Source: a virus. From it: a stretch of 64,000 nt of DNA. The stretch lies in IMG/VR virus record IMGVR_UViG_3300009503_000019, positions 1 through 64,000 of that record; one strand, written 5' to 3'. Each line of letters starts with the position of its first letter. The first letter of the stretch is position 1. The position numbers were made by a program, and so were the translations under genes. The notes beneath the pieces were generated by a model. The model was given only the letters and a program-made list of their open reading frames with translations. It did no database searches and was not told the DNA's origin. Below are positions 37,668 through 47,568 of the stretch, piece after piece.

Positions 37668-38477
37668 TTATTTGTTCATTATTTCTATAATATTTTTCCA
37701 TGAACGGTATCCCATCAATTTTTTGTGAAGATTTTCATCATAATTTTTTTCTAAATGATGCTGTAATCCACGTATGGTATGAGAATGCTTCTGTCGAATT
37801 TTTGCTACGATTTTTCCATCATAATCATCTCTATATATAGTGAATCCAAGCATTTTTACAAATGGTTTGTTTTCAGATTTATATGGAATTTTTCTACATT
37901 TGAATTTTGATATTTTGAAACCGTAGTTTAGTATTGAAGCTACTAAGTATTTATTCATTTTTTTATCTGAGTGAAACATATAAAAATTATCTATATAATT
38001 TATAATTGCTACTGCTTTATATTTAAAAATATAATCAAACATTCTGAATAATTTAAATAAAGCAAATGAAGACAATCTAGGCGAAGTTGGTGCGCCTTGA
38101 GGCAATATTAATTTTCCTTTATATTCAACAAAACATTTTTCTACAATATTTATAAATTTTGAATTGCTCCATTTGTAGAAAATATTTAATAGATAATCTG
38201 GAGTCACATTCGTAAAAAAATTTTTGATATCACACGCTGTTAAGAATATTTCATCGGGATTAGGATCGTAAAATTGTGCGTTAATGAATTTAAATATGTA
38301 GCTTGGAGAACATTTATGTTGACCCAATATTATAGTGTTTTTTAATTTTGGATATTTAATTATTGCTAATTCATGATGTAGAATTTCTTTTTGTTGTTTT
38401 TTTAAATCATCATCTGGAATATGGAGGATTCTAAATCCTCCTTTCCTTTTTGGGATTTTAATAATTTTATACGGCAT
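37668..38477 (-). CDS. Retron-like reverse transcriptase with non-canonical YIDN motif
   Basis: KRKGGFRILHIP, LKKQQ, NAQFY, DIKNFF, LPQGAPTSP.LS, YIDN, MLGF. Confidence 0.85.
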   Translation of the reverse strand: MPYKIIKIPKRKGGFRILHIPDDDLKKQQKEILHHELAIIKYPKLKNTIILGQHKCSPSYIFKFINAQFYDPNPDEIFLTACDIKNFFTNVTPDYLLNIFYKWSNSKFINIVEKCFVEYKGKLILPQGAPTSPRLSSFALFKLFRMFDYIFKYKAVAIINYIDNFYMFHSDKKMNKYLVASILNYGFKISKFKCRKIPYKSENKPFVKMLGFTIYRDDYDGKIVAKIRQKHSHTIRGLQHHLEKNYDENLHKKLMGYRSWKNIIEIMNK

Positions 38478-38504
38478 GTTTCCTCCGAAATCTGGATTTA
38501 TTAT

Positions 38505-38533
38505 TTGAATTTATAACAAAAAATTGATAAATT
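38505..38533 (+). promoter_or_regulatory. Sigma70-type promoter, near-leaderless RNAP mRNA
   Basis: TTGAAT-17-TAAATT with TG; ATG at 38543; no SD. Overlaps the divergent RT promoter. Confidence 0.6.
38510..38521 (-). promoter_or_regulatory. Promoter motif TTTTGTTATAAA (RT-Ubl operon)
   Basis: Exact motif. Confidence 0.7.
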
Positions 38534-38542
38534 TAATGTCAA

Positions 38543-41500
38543 ATGCTGAAAGGGTATATTGAAGCTATTCAGAATCTCTTTCCCATTGATTCCCCAAATT
38601 ATACAATTAATGTATCTAATATAACGCCTAAGATCAAAGAAGATGTTTTTATTCCTGAGAATATAAAAAAAATGAAATTGGAAGGAAAGATTTTGACTAC
38701 TCCTATATATGCAGATGTTACAATTACTGACAAAAATGGTAAAGTTATTAGTTCCAGGAAACAGATGAAGATTGCAGAAATACCTGCACTTATTCCTGCA
38801 ACAAATTCTTATCTTGGAGGTAAAGGTAAAGAAATTACTATATTGGGTCAATTTAGATTCAAGCCAGGAATTTATACTATAATTCCATCTTCTGGTAATG
38901 TTAAAACAACTTTTCATTTAAAAGGTACGAGTTTTCATCTGACAAGCGATGCAGGAAAATTATATTTCACTGTAGATTCAAAACATTTCGCTATCTATCC
39001 AATATTAAAATTTTTTGGTATTACTGATAATGATATTATTAATAATTTTGGAAATAAATTTTTAGAGGATAATAAAATAGATATTTCTCCTGCAGAAATG
39101 GAAAGATTGATAAAGAGATTTTACAAAAATATTTCAAGAGATCAACGTTCCGAAGATGAGATTAGTATCAATGATATTATAACATATTTTTCAGGTAATA
39201 TTTTTGATCCGAATGTAAACAAAGTCACATTAGGTCAGGATTTTTCTCAATTAAATAAAGAAACATTATTAGCAGCTATTAAGAAATTTTTAAATGTTTC
39301 TACTGGAGTTGAACCACCAGATTCAAAAGATTTATTAATATTTAAAAGATTTCATAATGTAAATGATTTTATTAAAGAACGTATAGAAGGTCTTAAATGG
39401 CAATTAAAAAAGAAAATTCAGCGAAATCTTGAATTACATCCAGAGGAGATTCGCCGGGTTTTACCTACTGGATTATTGTCTAAACCATCGTTTGAATTAT
39501 TGAATTCTTCAGTAGCGTCTATGGAAAAATATACTAATCCCGCATCAATATTATCGGCAATGACGAAAATGACTTATCTTGGGGAAGGAGGATTACAGAC
39601 TGAATATGCCGCTACACCAGAAATGCGAAATTTCAATTTTTCTATGCTTTCAACCTTAGATCCTATACAAATGCCAGAGTCTGAGAAAATTGGGTTAGTT
39701 TTTCATGCTGCTTTGGGTGCTAATGTAGATAATCAAGGTAATATAACTAAAATTGTTTTCAATCATAAAACTGGAAAATATGAAACAATAAGTGGAACTG
39801 ATTTCTGGATAAAAAATATTGCTTTTCCTGATCAATATGAAAACGGTAAATTCAAGAATCCAAATTCAGTTAAAGTTATGAATGAAGGTAAAATAAAATA
39901 TGTAAAATCTAAAGATGTAGATTATATTCTTCCTATGAGTACTTCTTTTTCAATGCTTAGTTCGTTAATTCCAATGATTTCATCATTCCATCCTACAAGA
40001 GCTTTAATTGCTTCTAAAATGATTGGGCAAGCTTTGGCATTAAAGAATAAAGAAGCGCCTTTAGTTCAAAGTGAGATCCCTTCAGAATTATTAGAAATCA
40101 GGAAACAATTACATCCTGAATTGACTGGTGCCTTATCTGATCATTTAGAACATTCTAATTCCTTTGAAGAATTATTAGGTGCAAAATATTCTGTTGTTTC
40201 CCCAGTTAATGGAACGGTTACGTTAGTATCCAAAGATGAAATTGTCATTACTGATAAAAAAGGAGAAAAATACAGATTTCCTCTATATAATAATTTTCCC
40301 GTATATCCAGATTCTTTTATTCATCAGGAGCCTATAGTAAAAGTTGGTGATAAAGTTTCAAAAGGGATGCCATTAGCTAAAAGTAATTTTACTGATGGTA
40401 AAACATTAGCATTAGGTACTAATTTATTAACGGCTTATATACCTTTTAAAGGGTATAATTATGAAGATGCTATAGTTATATCAGAGAGTGCATCAAAAAA
40501 ATTGACTTCAGAAAGAATTATACATGAATATTTTGAAATTCGAGAGGGTATGATTCTTGATAAAAATAAATTTAGAGCAATTTTTCCAACATTATTATTA
40601 GAAGAAAATGCACGCAAATTAGATGATGATGGTGTAGTCAAAAAAGGAGCAATTGTTAAAAAAGGAGAAATTTTAATTGCGGCATTAATGCCTCGTATTA
40701 TAACTCCAGATGAATATCAACTTATGCGTATACACAGGAAATTAGTGCCTAAGTATCGTGATGCTTCATTAGTATGGAATAGGGAGAACGACGGAGAAGT
40801 TATAGAAGTGCGCAAAACAAGACATTCAATAAGTTTATTAATAAAAACATCAGATCCTGCTGAGATTGGTGATAAATTGGTAGGACGATTTGGTGAAAAA
40901 GGGCTCATTGCTTATATAGTTCCAGATAGTGAAATGCCAAGAACTAAAGATGGAAAGGTAATTGATGTCATTTTTAATCCATTAAGTGTTATTTCAAGAA
41001 TTAATACTGGACAATTAGTAGAACTTGCATTAGGTAAAGTTGCTCAGAAACAAGGAAAACCAATTTATGTTCCTTTATTCACAAAACAAAATTATGTAGA
41101 ATATGCAAAAAAATTATTGAAAGATCATGGATTATCCGACACCGAAACATTAATTGATCCAAAAACTGGAAAAGAAATACCTAATGTGATGGTTGGTCCA
41201 AAATATATATTTAAATTGGAACATGAGATTAAAGATAAATTAGATGCTCGTTACAAAGGTTCTTACGATATGGATTTAGCACCTGCTAGACAAGGAGAAG
41301 AAGGGGCAAAAGCATTAGATACTTATACTGCATATGGATTATTTGCACATGGAGCACTAGCAAATTTAAAAGAAATGGCAACATATAAAGCAGAGAAGAA
41401 TGATGCATTCTGGGATGCAATTGAAAATGGTTTTATGTTGCCAGCACCTAAACCTACATTTGCAATGGATAAATTTTTAGCAATGTTAAAATCTGCAGGG

Positions 41501-44500
41501 ATAAATGTTGAAAAACAAGGTACAACTTTTAGATTATTACCCCTAACTGATAAAGATGTCACTGAAATTGCAAAAATAAAAATAGAAAATCCGAGGACGG
41601 TATCTGGTGCAGAATTAAAACCCGAAAAAGGAGGTTTATTTGACCCGGCATTAGGAGGATTAACAGGAACACGCTGGGGATATATTCAATTAGCTGAACC
41701 GATGCCAAATCCTATCGTAGAAAAAGCATTATTACAAATATTACAATTAAGTTCTGCTCAATTTGAAGATTTGATTGCTGGTAAAACTGTTAATGGTATT
41801 CAAGGAATAGAAGGATTAAAACAATACTTAAAAAATTTAGATATTGATAAATTAATTACTCAGTATCAAGAAATGGCAAAGAATGCTCGTTTAGATGAAT
41901 TGGATAAATATAATAGAATAATAAGATTTTTAAAAGGACTAAAAGAAGCTAAAATAAAACCAGAATCATTAATAATAACAAAAATACCAGTAATTCCACC
42001 AAAAATGAGACCTATTTATGTGAAAGATGATCAGGTTATTTATTCTCCATTTAATGACTTGTATAAGCATTTATTGATGGCAAATGAATTATTAGAAAGA
42101 ACAAAAGAACTTCCTGAAGAACATCGTGCTTCTATACGATTAAAAGCTTATGAAGCCTTAAAAGCTATTGCAGGATTAACTGACCCCATTTCACCTGCAT
42201 TTTCAAAACGGCCTGTTCAAGGAATTTTATCAATGATTGCAGGTCCAACTCCTAAATTAGGATATTTTCAGTCTAAACTTGCACGTAAAGAGCAAGATTT
42301 AGTAGGAAGAACTGCAATTATTCCAGAACCAGATTTACATCCTGATGAAGTTGGATTGCCGTATGAGATTGCATGGAAGATATTTGAACCATTTGTTATT
42401 CGTAAACTTATTCAGCAAGGATATACAAAAATTCAAGCTGTTAAGAATGTAGAAGATAGAACTCCTATAGCAAAAGCTGCATTAGAAGCAGTTGCAAAAG
42501 AAAGATTAGTTTTATTAAATAGAGCACCAAGTTTGCATAAATATAATATACTTGCATTCAAACCCAGACTCATTGAAGGAAATGCAATGAAAATACCTCC
42601 ATTAGTTGTTGTTGGCTTTAATGCTGATTTTGATGGCGATGAGCAGCTAGGGTCGATATTGATTTCAGTTAAAAAAGATTTTAAATTACAGAAATGGTAT
42701 TTAGATTTGATAAAAACTGGGGCCAGAATAATGTTCGATAAAAATGCGAAAATACCCATTAAATCAGATCGTGAATATTTTATTATTAATCTTGCGGATT
42801 TTCCGAGACTTCATTTAGTAGCTTCTAAAAATCATATAGATTTTTATGCAGTTCCAGACGATATTGAAGTACTGGCATACGACGAGAAAATTCATACGAT
42901 TTCATGGCAAAAAGCGACTTCATGGTCGTTACATCATAAAAGAAAAATTTGTTTTATCAATTTGAAATCAGGCAAACAAATTGTGTCTGATGATGATCCA
43001 AGGGCAGTTTATGGGATAGATCCAGTTACATTAGAATACGGACGGTGGAGACCTGCAGAAAGTATTGGTAAATTAGTGCCGGTTGTAAAAAATTTGAAAT
43101 TGCAAGAATATGTAAAGCAAATAAGCACCAAAGGTTGTCCTTACTGGAAATTGAAGAATTGTCTAAAAGAAACAATAGAATTGAATGAGGAATTTGGTTA
43201 CTTACTTGGTTATATTATAGGCGACGGCTGGATATCTTATACAAAAGACGAAGAAAAAAATGTAAGCATTGCTATTGATCCAAAAAATTCAGAGCTCAAA
43301 AAACATTTGATTTCAATAACGAAAAAACTTTTCAATAAAAAATATAATCTCATTAGTGAACAAAAAGTATCAAAATCAAAGTGGCAATCTTCCAAAATAA
43401 CAATCAATTCCAAACAACTTGCATGGTTAATTTCTCCATGGATTGGTAAAAATGCAGAAAATAAACATTTACCTCCATTTACATTAATTTCTCCGGAAGA
43501 ATTCAGACGAGGATTATTAGCTGGTTTAATTGATTCAGATGGTAGCATCTCAATCTCTCATGCTAAGTCCAAACCACAATTACTTATAAATTTATCAACT
43601 GCAAGCATACGACTGGCACAGGAAATACAATTGCTAGCAAAAAGTTTAGGAATCCCTGCTTCTATAACTGCATATAATGGTGGAATGAAAAATAGCAAAA
43701 ATTATATGATTAATTTTTCTAATTATCATTTCCAGAAAGCTAATTTGAATATTAAACATCCTGAAAAAAGAAGAAAATTGTTATCAATTTCGATTGAATC
43801 TTCTCCTGGTTTGATGTCTCATGATTTAGTTCCATTTAATTCAACACTGGCGGAAATTATTATGAAACGAATAAATCGCAATAAAGAATGGAGTTTGTAT
43901 GTAATAGTGCAGAGGTATAAAAATTTGAATTATATAACTCGTTCTTCAGCATTAAAAATTCTAAAAATTGTTGATAATGATGATCCATTATTTTTGAGAT
44001 GGAAGCAGATTGTATTGAATGATTCAATAACATGGGATCCCGTAGTTTCTTATGAACAAACTGATATTGAAGAAGATGGTTATGATATCACCGTTCCAGG
44101 ATACGAAACATTTATGAACATTGAAGGAGTGATTTTATCAAACACAATGACTATTCATACTCCTGTAACTCAGGAAGCATTAGAAGAAGCACGTAGACTT
44201 TTGCCTTCAAATAACTGGGTACATGAAGCAAAAGGGACTATATTATTGATGCCACGTCATGAGGCAATTATTGGAATCTACAGATTGACTTCTGAAGGAC
44301 GCCAATTGAATATTACTTTCAACAATGAAAAGGAAGTGGAGGATGCTTATAAAGCAAATAAGATAAATTTCAATGATATTGTCAATGTCAAGGGAATAGG
44401 CAGGACGTCGTTTGGAAGAATAATTGTTAATAAAGTTTTACCTCCTGAATTGAGAGATTATAAATCTCAAATTGATGGTTCCAAATTACATGACATATTG

Positions 44501-46039
44501 ATGAAAATTTTTAGACGAGACCAAAAATTAGGAACTGATATTTCACATTATCTTGACAAAATAGGTAAAGAATTTGCATACTTATCTGGATATAGTTTAA
44601 GTTTGGATGATATAACACCAATTGATTTATCTGATATAAATCGTAAAATCAGAGAAACTATGCCGAAATTATCTTCTGATAAAGAAAGGCAAAAATTTTT
44701 ATCAGAATTAGCAGATAAAATAGATCAAAGGGTAATGTCTTCTAAAAGCCGATTAGTAGAGGCAATTAAATCTCGTGCAAGAGGAAAAGTTATTGATGCT
44801 AGACAAATTATAGGTGCACCTATTGTTGCAACTGATATTAATGACAATATTATACCCGCTCCTGTGAATACCAGTTATGCAGCAGGAATGTCTTTTTCAG
44901 ATTGGTTTAAATCAATATTTGGAGGAAGAAAAGCGGCAATAGATAAAGTAACTTCAGTGAGTGAACCTGGGATGATGACTAAAGAATTATTTTCAGCAAT
45001 GTCTTCATTTCGTATAGTAGAGCATGATTGCGGAACTAAAAATGGTGTTGAAATGGATTTAAATGAAGCGGATGCGTTAGATTATTGTTTAGCAGAAAAT
45101 ATTTATTCTCATGGAAGATTAATAGCAAAAAGGAATTCACCATTAACTTCAGATGTTGTAAATGCCTTAGTTGCACACAAAATAAATAGAGTTAAAGTTA
45201 GAACACCATTAACATGTGAATCCATAGATGGAGTTTGTCAATTATGTTATGGATTGGATAAATTCGGGCAATTTCCATCAATTGGAGAATATGTTGGAAT
45301 TAAAGCTGCACAATATATAGGCGAGCCGATGACACAATTAATTCTTTCAAGAGCCCATTTTGGTGGAACCAAAGGTGCACCATCATTACAGGGATATAAA
45401 TTATTTGAAAACATATTAAATTTTTCACCTTCAATTCGTCCTCGTGCAACACTTGCTAAATTAGATGGGAGAGTTCAAAAAATTTTGATTAATCCGGACG
45501 GATCTAAAGATGTGTTAATAGATGGAGTTAGTCATCCTGTTTCAAGAGAAAGTGTGGTTACAGTTAAAACTGGAGAAATTGTAAAAAAAGGACAACAAAT
45601 TTCAGAAGGAATTCCGCATCCTGTAGATGTATATGCTACTAGAGGGATGATGGAAATGAGAAAATATTTGTCAGAGCAATTAAGAAAAATATATTATGAT
45701 AATGGACTTAAAGTGGATAAAAGAATGTTTGATGTATTGGCAAAGGCTATGACAAATACCGGAATTATTACTGATCCTGGTGATTCTGATTATATAATAG
45801 GAGATAAAGTTTCAATAGATAAAATAGAAAATAAAAATAAAGAATTGAAGCACCCAATAAAATATACACCTGTTTTTCGTGGATTGCCCCATCAAGTCTT
45901 GCTTTCAACAGATTGGTTGAATAGAATTTCAAGAAAGGATATAAAAAATACATTGGTAGAAGGAACGATTAGGCAGTGGACTGGAGATATTTCAAGGTAT
46001 CCAATACCTGCATTCGCTTATGGAGTTGAGCTAAAGTGA
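38543..46039 (+). CDS. rpoBC: Fused beta-beta' multi-subunit-type RNA polymerase, intein-containing
   Basis: Beta motifs: GYNYEDAI, GDKLVGRFGEKG, NPLSVISRIN. Beta' motifs: LNRAPSLH, NADFDGD, bridge helix, GEPMTQL trigger loop, C-terminal Zn Cys. Junction at about 41510. Confidence 0.97.
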   Translation: MLKGYIEAIQNLFPIDSPNYTINVSNITPKIKEDVFIPENIKKMKLEGKILTTPIYADVTITDKNGKVISSRKQMKIAEIPALIPATNSYLGGKGKEITILGQFRFKPGIYTIIPSSGNVKTTFHLKGTSFHLTSDAGKLYFTVDSKHFAIYPILKFFGITDNDIINNFGNKFLEDNKIDISPAEMERLIKRFYKNISRDQRSEDEISINDIITYFSGNIFDPNVNKVTLGQDFSQLNKETLLAAIKKFLNVSTGVEPPDSKDLLIFKRFHNVNDFIKERIEGLKWQLKKKIQRNLELHPEEIRRVLPTGLLSKPSFELLNSSVASMEKYTNPASILSAMTKMTYLGEGGLQTEYAATPEMRNFNFSMLSTLDPIQMPESEKIGLVFHAALGANVDNQGNITKIVFNHKTGKYETISGTDFWIKNIAFPDQYENGKFKNPNSVKVMNEGKIKYVKSKDVDYILPMSTSFSMLSSLIPMISSFHPTRALIASKMIGQALALKNKEAPLVQSEIPSELLEIRKQLHPELTGALSDHLEHSNSFEELLGAKYSVVSPVNGTVTLVSKDEIVITDKKGEKYRFPLYNNFPVYPDSFIHQEPIVKVGDKVSKGMPLAKSNFTDGKTLALGTNLLTAYIPFKGYNYEDAIVISESASKKLTSERIIHEYFEIREGMILDKNKFRAIFPTLLLEENARKLDDDGVVKKGAIVKKGEILIAALMPRIITPDEYQLMRIHRKLVPKYRDASLVWNRENDGEVIEVRKTRHSISLLIKTSDPAEIGDKLVGRFGEKGLIAYIVPDSEMPRTKDGKVIDVIFNPLSVISRINTGQLVELALGKVAQKQGKPIYVPLFTKQNYVEYAKKLLKDHGLSDTETLIDPKTGKEIPNVMVGPKYIFKLEHEIKDKLDARYKGSYDMDLAPARQGEEGAKALDTYTAYGLFAHGALANLKEMATYKAEKNDAFWDAIENGFMLPAPKPTFAMDKFLAMLKSAGINVEKQGTTFRLLPLTDKDVTEIAKIKIENPRTVSGAELKPEKGGLFDPALGGLTGTRWGYIQLAEPMPNPIVEKALLQILQLSSAQFEDLIAGKTVNGIQGIEGLKQYLKNLDIDKLITQYQEMAKNARLDELDKYNRIIRFLKGLKEAKIKPESLIITKIPVIPPKMRPIYVKDDQVIYSPFNDLYKHLLMANELLERTKELPEEHRASIRLKAYEALKAIAGLTDPISPAFSKRPVQGILSMIAGPTPKLGYFQSKLARKEQDLVGRTAIIPEPDLHPDEVGLPYEIAWKIFEPFVIRKLIQQGYTKIQAVKNVEDRTPIAKAALEAVAKERLVLLNRAPSLHKYNILAFKPRLIEGNAMKIPPLVVVGFNADFDGDEQLGSILISVKKDFKLQKWYLDLIKTGARIMFDKNAKIPIKSDREYFIINLADFPRLHLVASKNHIDFYAVPDDIEVLAYDEKIHTISWQKATSWSLHHKRKICFINLKSGKQIVSDDDPRAVYGIDPVTLEYGRWRPAESIGKLVPVVKNLKLQEYVKQISTKGCPYWKLKNCLKETIELNEEFGYLLGYIIGDGWISYTKDEEKNVSIAIDPKNSELKKHLISITKKLFNKKYNLISEQKVSKSKWQSSKITINSKQLAWLISPWIGKNAENKHLPPFTLISPEEFRRGLLAGLIDSDGSISISHAKSKPQLLINLSTASIRLAQEIQLLAKSLGIPASITAYNGGMKNSKNYMINFSNYHFQKANLNIKHPEKRRKLLSISIESSPGLMSHDLVPFNSTLAEIIMKRINRNKEWSLYVIVQRYKNLNYITRSSALKILKIVDNDDPLFLRWKQIVLNDSITWDPVVSYEQTDIEEDGYDITVPGYETFMNIEGVILSNTMTIHTPVTQEALEEARRLLPSNNWVHEAKGTILLMPRHEAIIGIYRLTSEGRQLNITFNNEKEVEDAYKANKINFNDIVNVKGIGRTSFGRIIVNKVLPPELRDYKSQIDGSKLHDILMKIFRRDQKLGTDISHYLDKIGKEFAYLSGYSLSLDDITPIDLSDINRKIRETMPKLSSDKERQKFLSELADKIDQRVMSSKSRLVEAIKSRARGKVIDARQIIGAPIVATDINDNIIPAPVNTSYAAGMSFSDWFKSIFGGRKAAIDKVTSVSEPGMMTKELFSAMSSFRIVEHDCGTKNGVEMDLNEADALDYCLAENIYSHGRLIAKRNSPLTSDVVNALVAHKINRVKVRTPLTCESIDGVCQLCYGLDKFGQFPSIGEYVGIKAAQYIGEPMTQLILSRAHFGGTKGAPSLQGYKLFENILNFSPSIRPRATLAKLDGRVQKILINPDGSKDVLIDGVSHPVSRESVVTVKTGEIVKKGQQISEGIPHPVDVYATRGMMEMRKYLSEQLRKIYYDNGLKVDKRMFDVLAKAMTNTGIITDPGDSDYIIGDKVSIDKIENKNKELKHPIKYTPVFRGLPHQVLLSTDWLNRISRKDIKNTLVEGTIRQWTGDISRYPIPAFAYGVELK
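42641..44143 (+). mobile_element. 501-aa intein with LAGLIDADG homing endonuclease
   Basis: Removing it restores NADFDGD-TMTIH. Contains YLLGYIIGDG and LLAGLIDSDG; ends YDITVPG...ILSN/T. Confidence 0.9.
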
Positions 46040-46506
46040 TTGTATGTAAAAATTATACTATAGTTTCTGGTGTTGGTAGAGATGAAGATGAACTTGTTGC
46101 ATTTGATAAAGCATTAAAAAGTGCAGGATTGCATAGATTTAATTTAGTGCCTGTTTCAAGTGTGTTTCCTACTTTAGCTGAATATCATCCGCCAAGAGAT
46201 TTGAAGGAACTTGATCGTGGGGCAATCATTCATGTTGTTTTGAGTAAAATAAATGTGAAAAAAGAATTTGTAGATATATCGGCAGGAATTTGTTTAGCAA
46301 TTTCCAAAATAAGTGGTGGAGGGATCATAAGTGAATATTCGGGAGAAGTAAATAAGGAAAAATGTAAATCTATTCTAAGGGAAAGAGCCAATAAAATTGC
46401 AGAAACTCACGATCTTTTTGATATGACTATGGAATTTGAAATAATGAGTGCAAAATCTAATCCTGTAACTTATACTTGTTGTATAGCGGCAGTAGTTTTA
46501 TGGTGA
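46036..46506 (+). CDS. pdaD: Pyruvoyl-dependent arginine decarboxylase
   Basis: AFDKAL..AG...FNLVPVSSVFP self-cleavage motif; GTGA overlap with the RNAP stop. Confidence 0.88.
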   Translation: MIVCKNYTIVSGVGRDEDELVAFDKALKSAGLHRFNLVPVSSVFPTLAEYHPPRDLKELDRGAIIHVVLSKINVKKEFVDISAGICLAISKISGGGIISEYSGEVNKEKCKSILRERANKIAETHDLFDMTMEFEIMSAKSNPVTYTCCIAAVVLW

Positions 46507-46510
46507 AATA

Positions 46511-47386
46511 ATGGAACTAGCTTTAGAAAAAGCTAAAGTTATTTCAGTTGATCCAGAAAAAAGGACATTTACATTATTAACATTGAGAACAAAGAGAGAG
46601 ATTCGTTCTCCTTTTCCAGTTTCATTATATAGATCGCAAGATGGTGTTACAGGATTGTTATATATACCACAAAATGGTGATATATGCGTGGTATTATATG
46701 ATGAAAAATCTCCCGAAGTATATGTTTTAGGATTTATTTCTTCTGAAAATTTAATTAAGGAATTTCCCTTTCCCGTTGAGCAAGGAGATATCATTTTTGT
46801 TGGTGGAGAAAATAATTATATCCTTATGAATAAGCATGGATTAATTAGATTAATCGGTAGTCCAATGTGCAGATTAGATCTTATTCCACAGATAGCAAAG
46901 GAAGTAATGAGAGCTTTTTCTACACAATTCGATTTTCAAACACCTTATTGGGGAGAAAGAATTATAGTAGATGATTTTGGATATAATTATCGATTTCAAT
47001 TCAATGATTCCTCTACTGCTATCCCAACGGGTTATTTTTTTGTTTATGAAGTATTTGATTCAACAATGCAGCCAAGATTATCTATTCATATTGACAGATT
47101 GGGAAAATTAGAATATCAATCCGGATTAGTAAAAATGACTATTTTTAATAATATTGTAACAATTGATGGGATAATGCAATTAGATGTTAAAGCTCAAAAG
47201 ATAAATTTAGGCTCATCTCCGATGGCACCATTTGTGTTAGGTAATGTTTTAAATTCATTTTTAACTTCTTTGATCACCTGGTTAACTTCTCATACGCATC
47301 CAACTGCAATGGGTCCAAGTGGTCCTCCAGCTGCACCCCCACCGCAATTACCAAATATTCTATCTCAAATTATAACTGGGCAATGA
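46511..47386 (+). CDS. Baseplate spike protein (gpV/gp45-like)
   Basis: N-terminal OB-fold (YIPQNGDICVV), beta-strand repeats, C-terminal HTHP metal-binding tip. Confidence 0.75.
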   Translation: MELALEKAKVISVDPEKRTFTLLTLRTKREIRSPFPVSLYRSQDGVTGLLYIPQNGDICVVLYDEKSPEVYVLGFISSENLIKEFPFPVEQGDIIFVGGENNYILMNKHGLIRLIGSPMCRLDLIPQIAKEVMRAFSTQFDFQTPYWGERIIVDDFGYNYRFQFNDSSTAIPTGYFFVYEVFDSTMQPRLSIHIDRLGKLEYQSGLVKMTIFNNIVTIDGIMQLDVKAQKINLGSSPMAPFVLGNVLNSFLTSLITWLTSHTHPTAMGPSGPPAAPPPQLPNILSQIITGQ

Positions 47387-47568
47387 TTATATATAAGATA
47401 ATGCCTGTATGGCCAGATGATAAAGAAATGCATAAAAAATTGAAACAAAGAGGATATAGATTATGGAAAAAAGATGCAATTGTTTGTAATAGAAAAATTT
47501 TTCTTTTTCGTAAAAAAGATGAAGTTATTGATAAACCATATCCTTTTGGAAGGAGGAATGACGAATGA
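47383..47568 (+). CDS. Small basic hypothetical protein
   Basis: ATGA-coupled. Confidence 0.5.
   Translation: MIIYKIMPVWPDDKEMHKKLKQRGYRLWKKDAIVCNRKIFLFRKKDEVIDKPYPFGRRNDE

Noticed and set aside
37668-38477. RT as part of a DGR or group II intron
   Set aside because: No TR/VR repeat pair or Avd-like gene noticed, no maturase domain or intron domain V; motifs are retron-like.
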